Positions 63,601 to 64,000 of a stretch of DNA of 64,000 bases are shown one piece after another (the stretch's first letter is position 1; every line of letters begins with the position of its first letter). The stretch is from Takakia lepidozioides (taxonomy: Eukaryota > Plantae > Bryophyta). The stretch covers positions 34,286,001-34,350,000 of the forward strand of contig CM060734.1 of assembly GCA_030704615.1 (NCBI GenBank), read 5' to 3'. The notes below the pieces were generated by a model, which saw only the letters and a list, made by a program, of their open reading frames with translations, was not told the DNA's origin and did not search any database. Made by a program: the position numbers and the translations under genes.

Positions 63601-64000
63601 AAGTTGCACACGAGAGGGAGCATTATTGAGCAAGGAGGTCTGCAGCCACCACAGTAGCTCTTCATTGATAAGAAAGCCCTTGCATTTTTTTTTTAATCCA
63701 TCAACCTCTGCATTATTATGTTTTTCTCTAAAGTAGTTTGTAATTTGTTGGGGATTTCTGAGCTTTGTTGGCTTCTGTTGCGGCAGATTGGACAAGGAAG
63801 GGAGTGTGTGTGAGCAGCCTATTCGACTAGGTAGCCATTGCTTTAGCCAGCGAATCTCCATCATGTTATTTAAATCAAGATAATCTCACAAGTTGCACAT
63901 TCTAATGTAGTATGTTTATGTCTTCTTATTGAATACTCAATGTTTGAATAAAAACAAACAAATCTTTGGGCATTGTAACCATTCTACAGGGAGACGCAGT

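Noticed and set aside
39240-64000. Endogenous giant-virus or bacterial contamination explanation for the ParB-MTase/kinase/RING cluster
   Set aside because: No viral hallmark genes were seen. The MTase gene has multiple GT-AG introns and sits inside a TSD-flanked eukaryotic transposon.

Overview
Eukaryotic, transposon-rich land-plant DNA. It is probably from a non-seed plant such as a bryophyte, inferred from gene and TE content only. The left half (1-38 kb) holds a decayed Ty1/copia polyprotein, an intact six-coding-exon WEB-family coiled-coil gene, a PNGase A gene with an in-frame stop, a hAT-like MITE, a PADRE/DUF4228 gene cut by a 500-N gap and a ~4.8-kb pogo-like (DDE_1) element. The right half (39-64 kb) is a nested mobile-element complex. 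Its centrepiece is an 11,494-bp Mutator-like element (45315-56808; CA...TG ends, imperfect TIRs, 9-bp TSD GTACGGCGA) that splits a protein kinase gene in two. The element carries a GCM/MULE/SWIM transposase and, head-to-head with it, a spliced gene fusing a ParB/Srx-like domain to a beta-class N4C/N6A DNA methyltransferase domain. The introns of that gene contain about 14 copies of a 24-bp palindrome (GTGAATGTCG-N4-CGACATTCAC). The surrounding host region (RING, kinase, accessory ORF, hAT transposase) has a 19-copy, ~53-bp-phased array of a palindrome with the same 10-4-10 architecture (GCGACCGCCA-N4-TGGCGGTCGC). Best candidate for a new system: a transposon-encoded, parS/ParB-like, family-specific DNA self-marking module. 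This copy is pseudogenised and its function is inferred, not shown.
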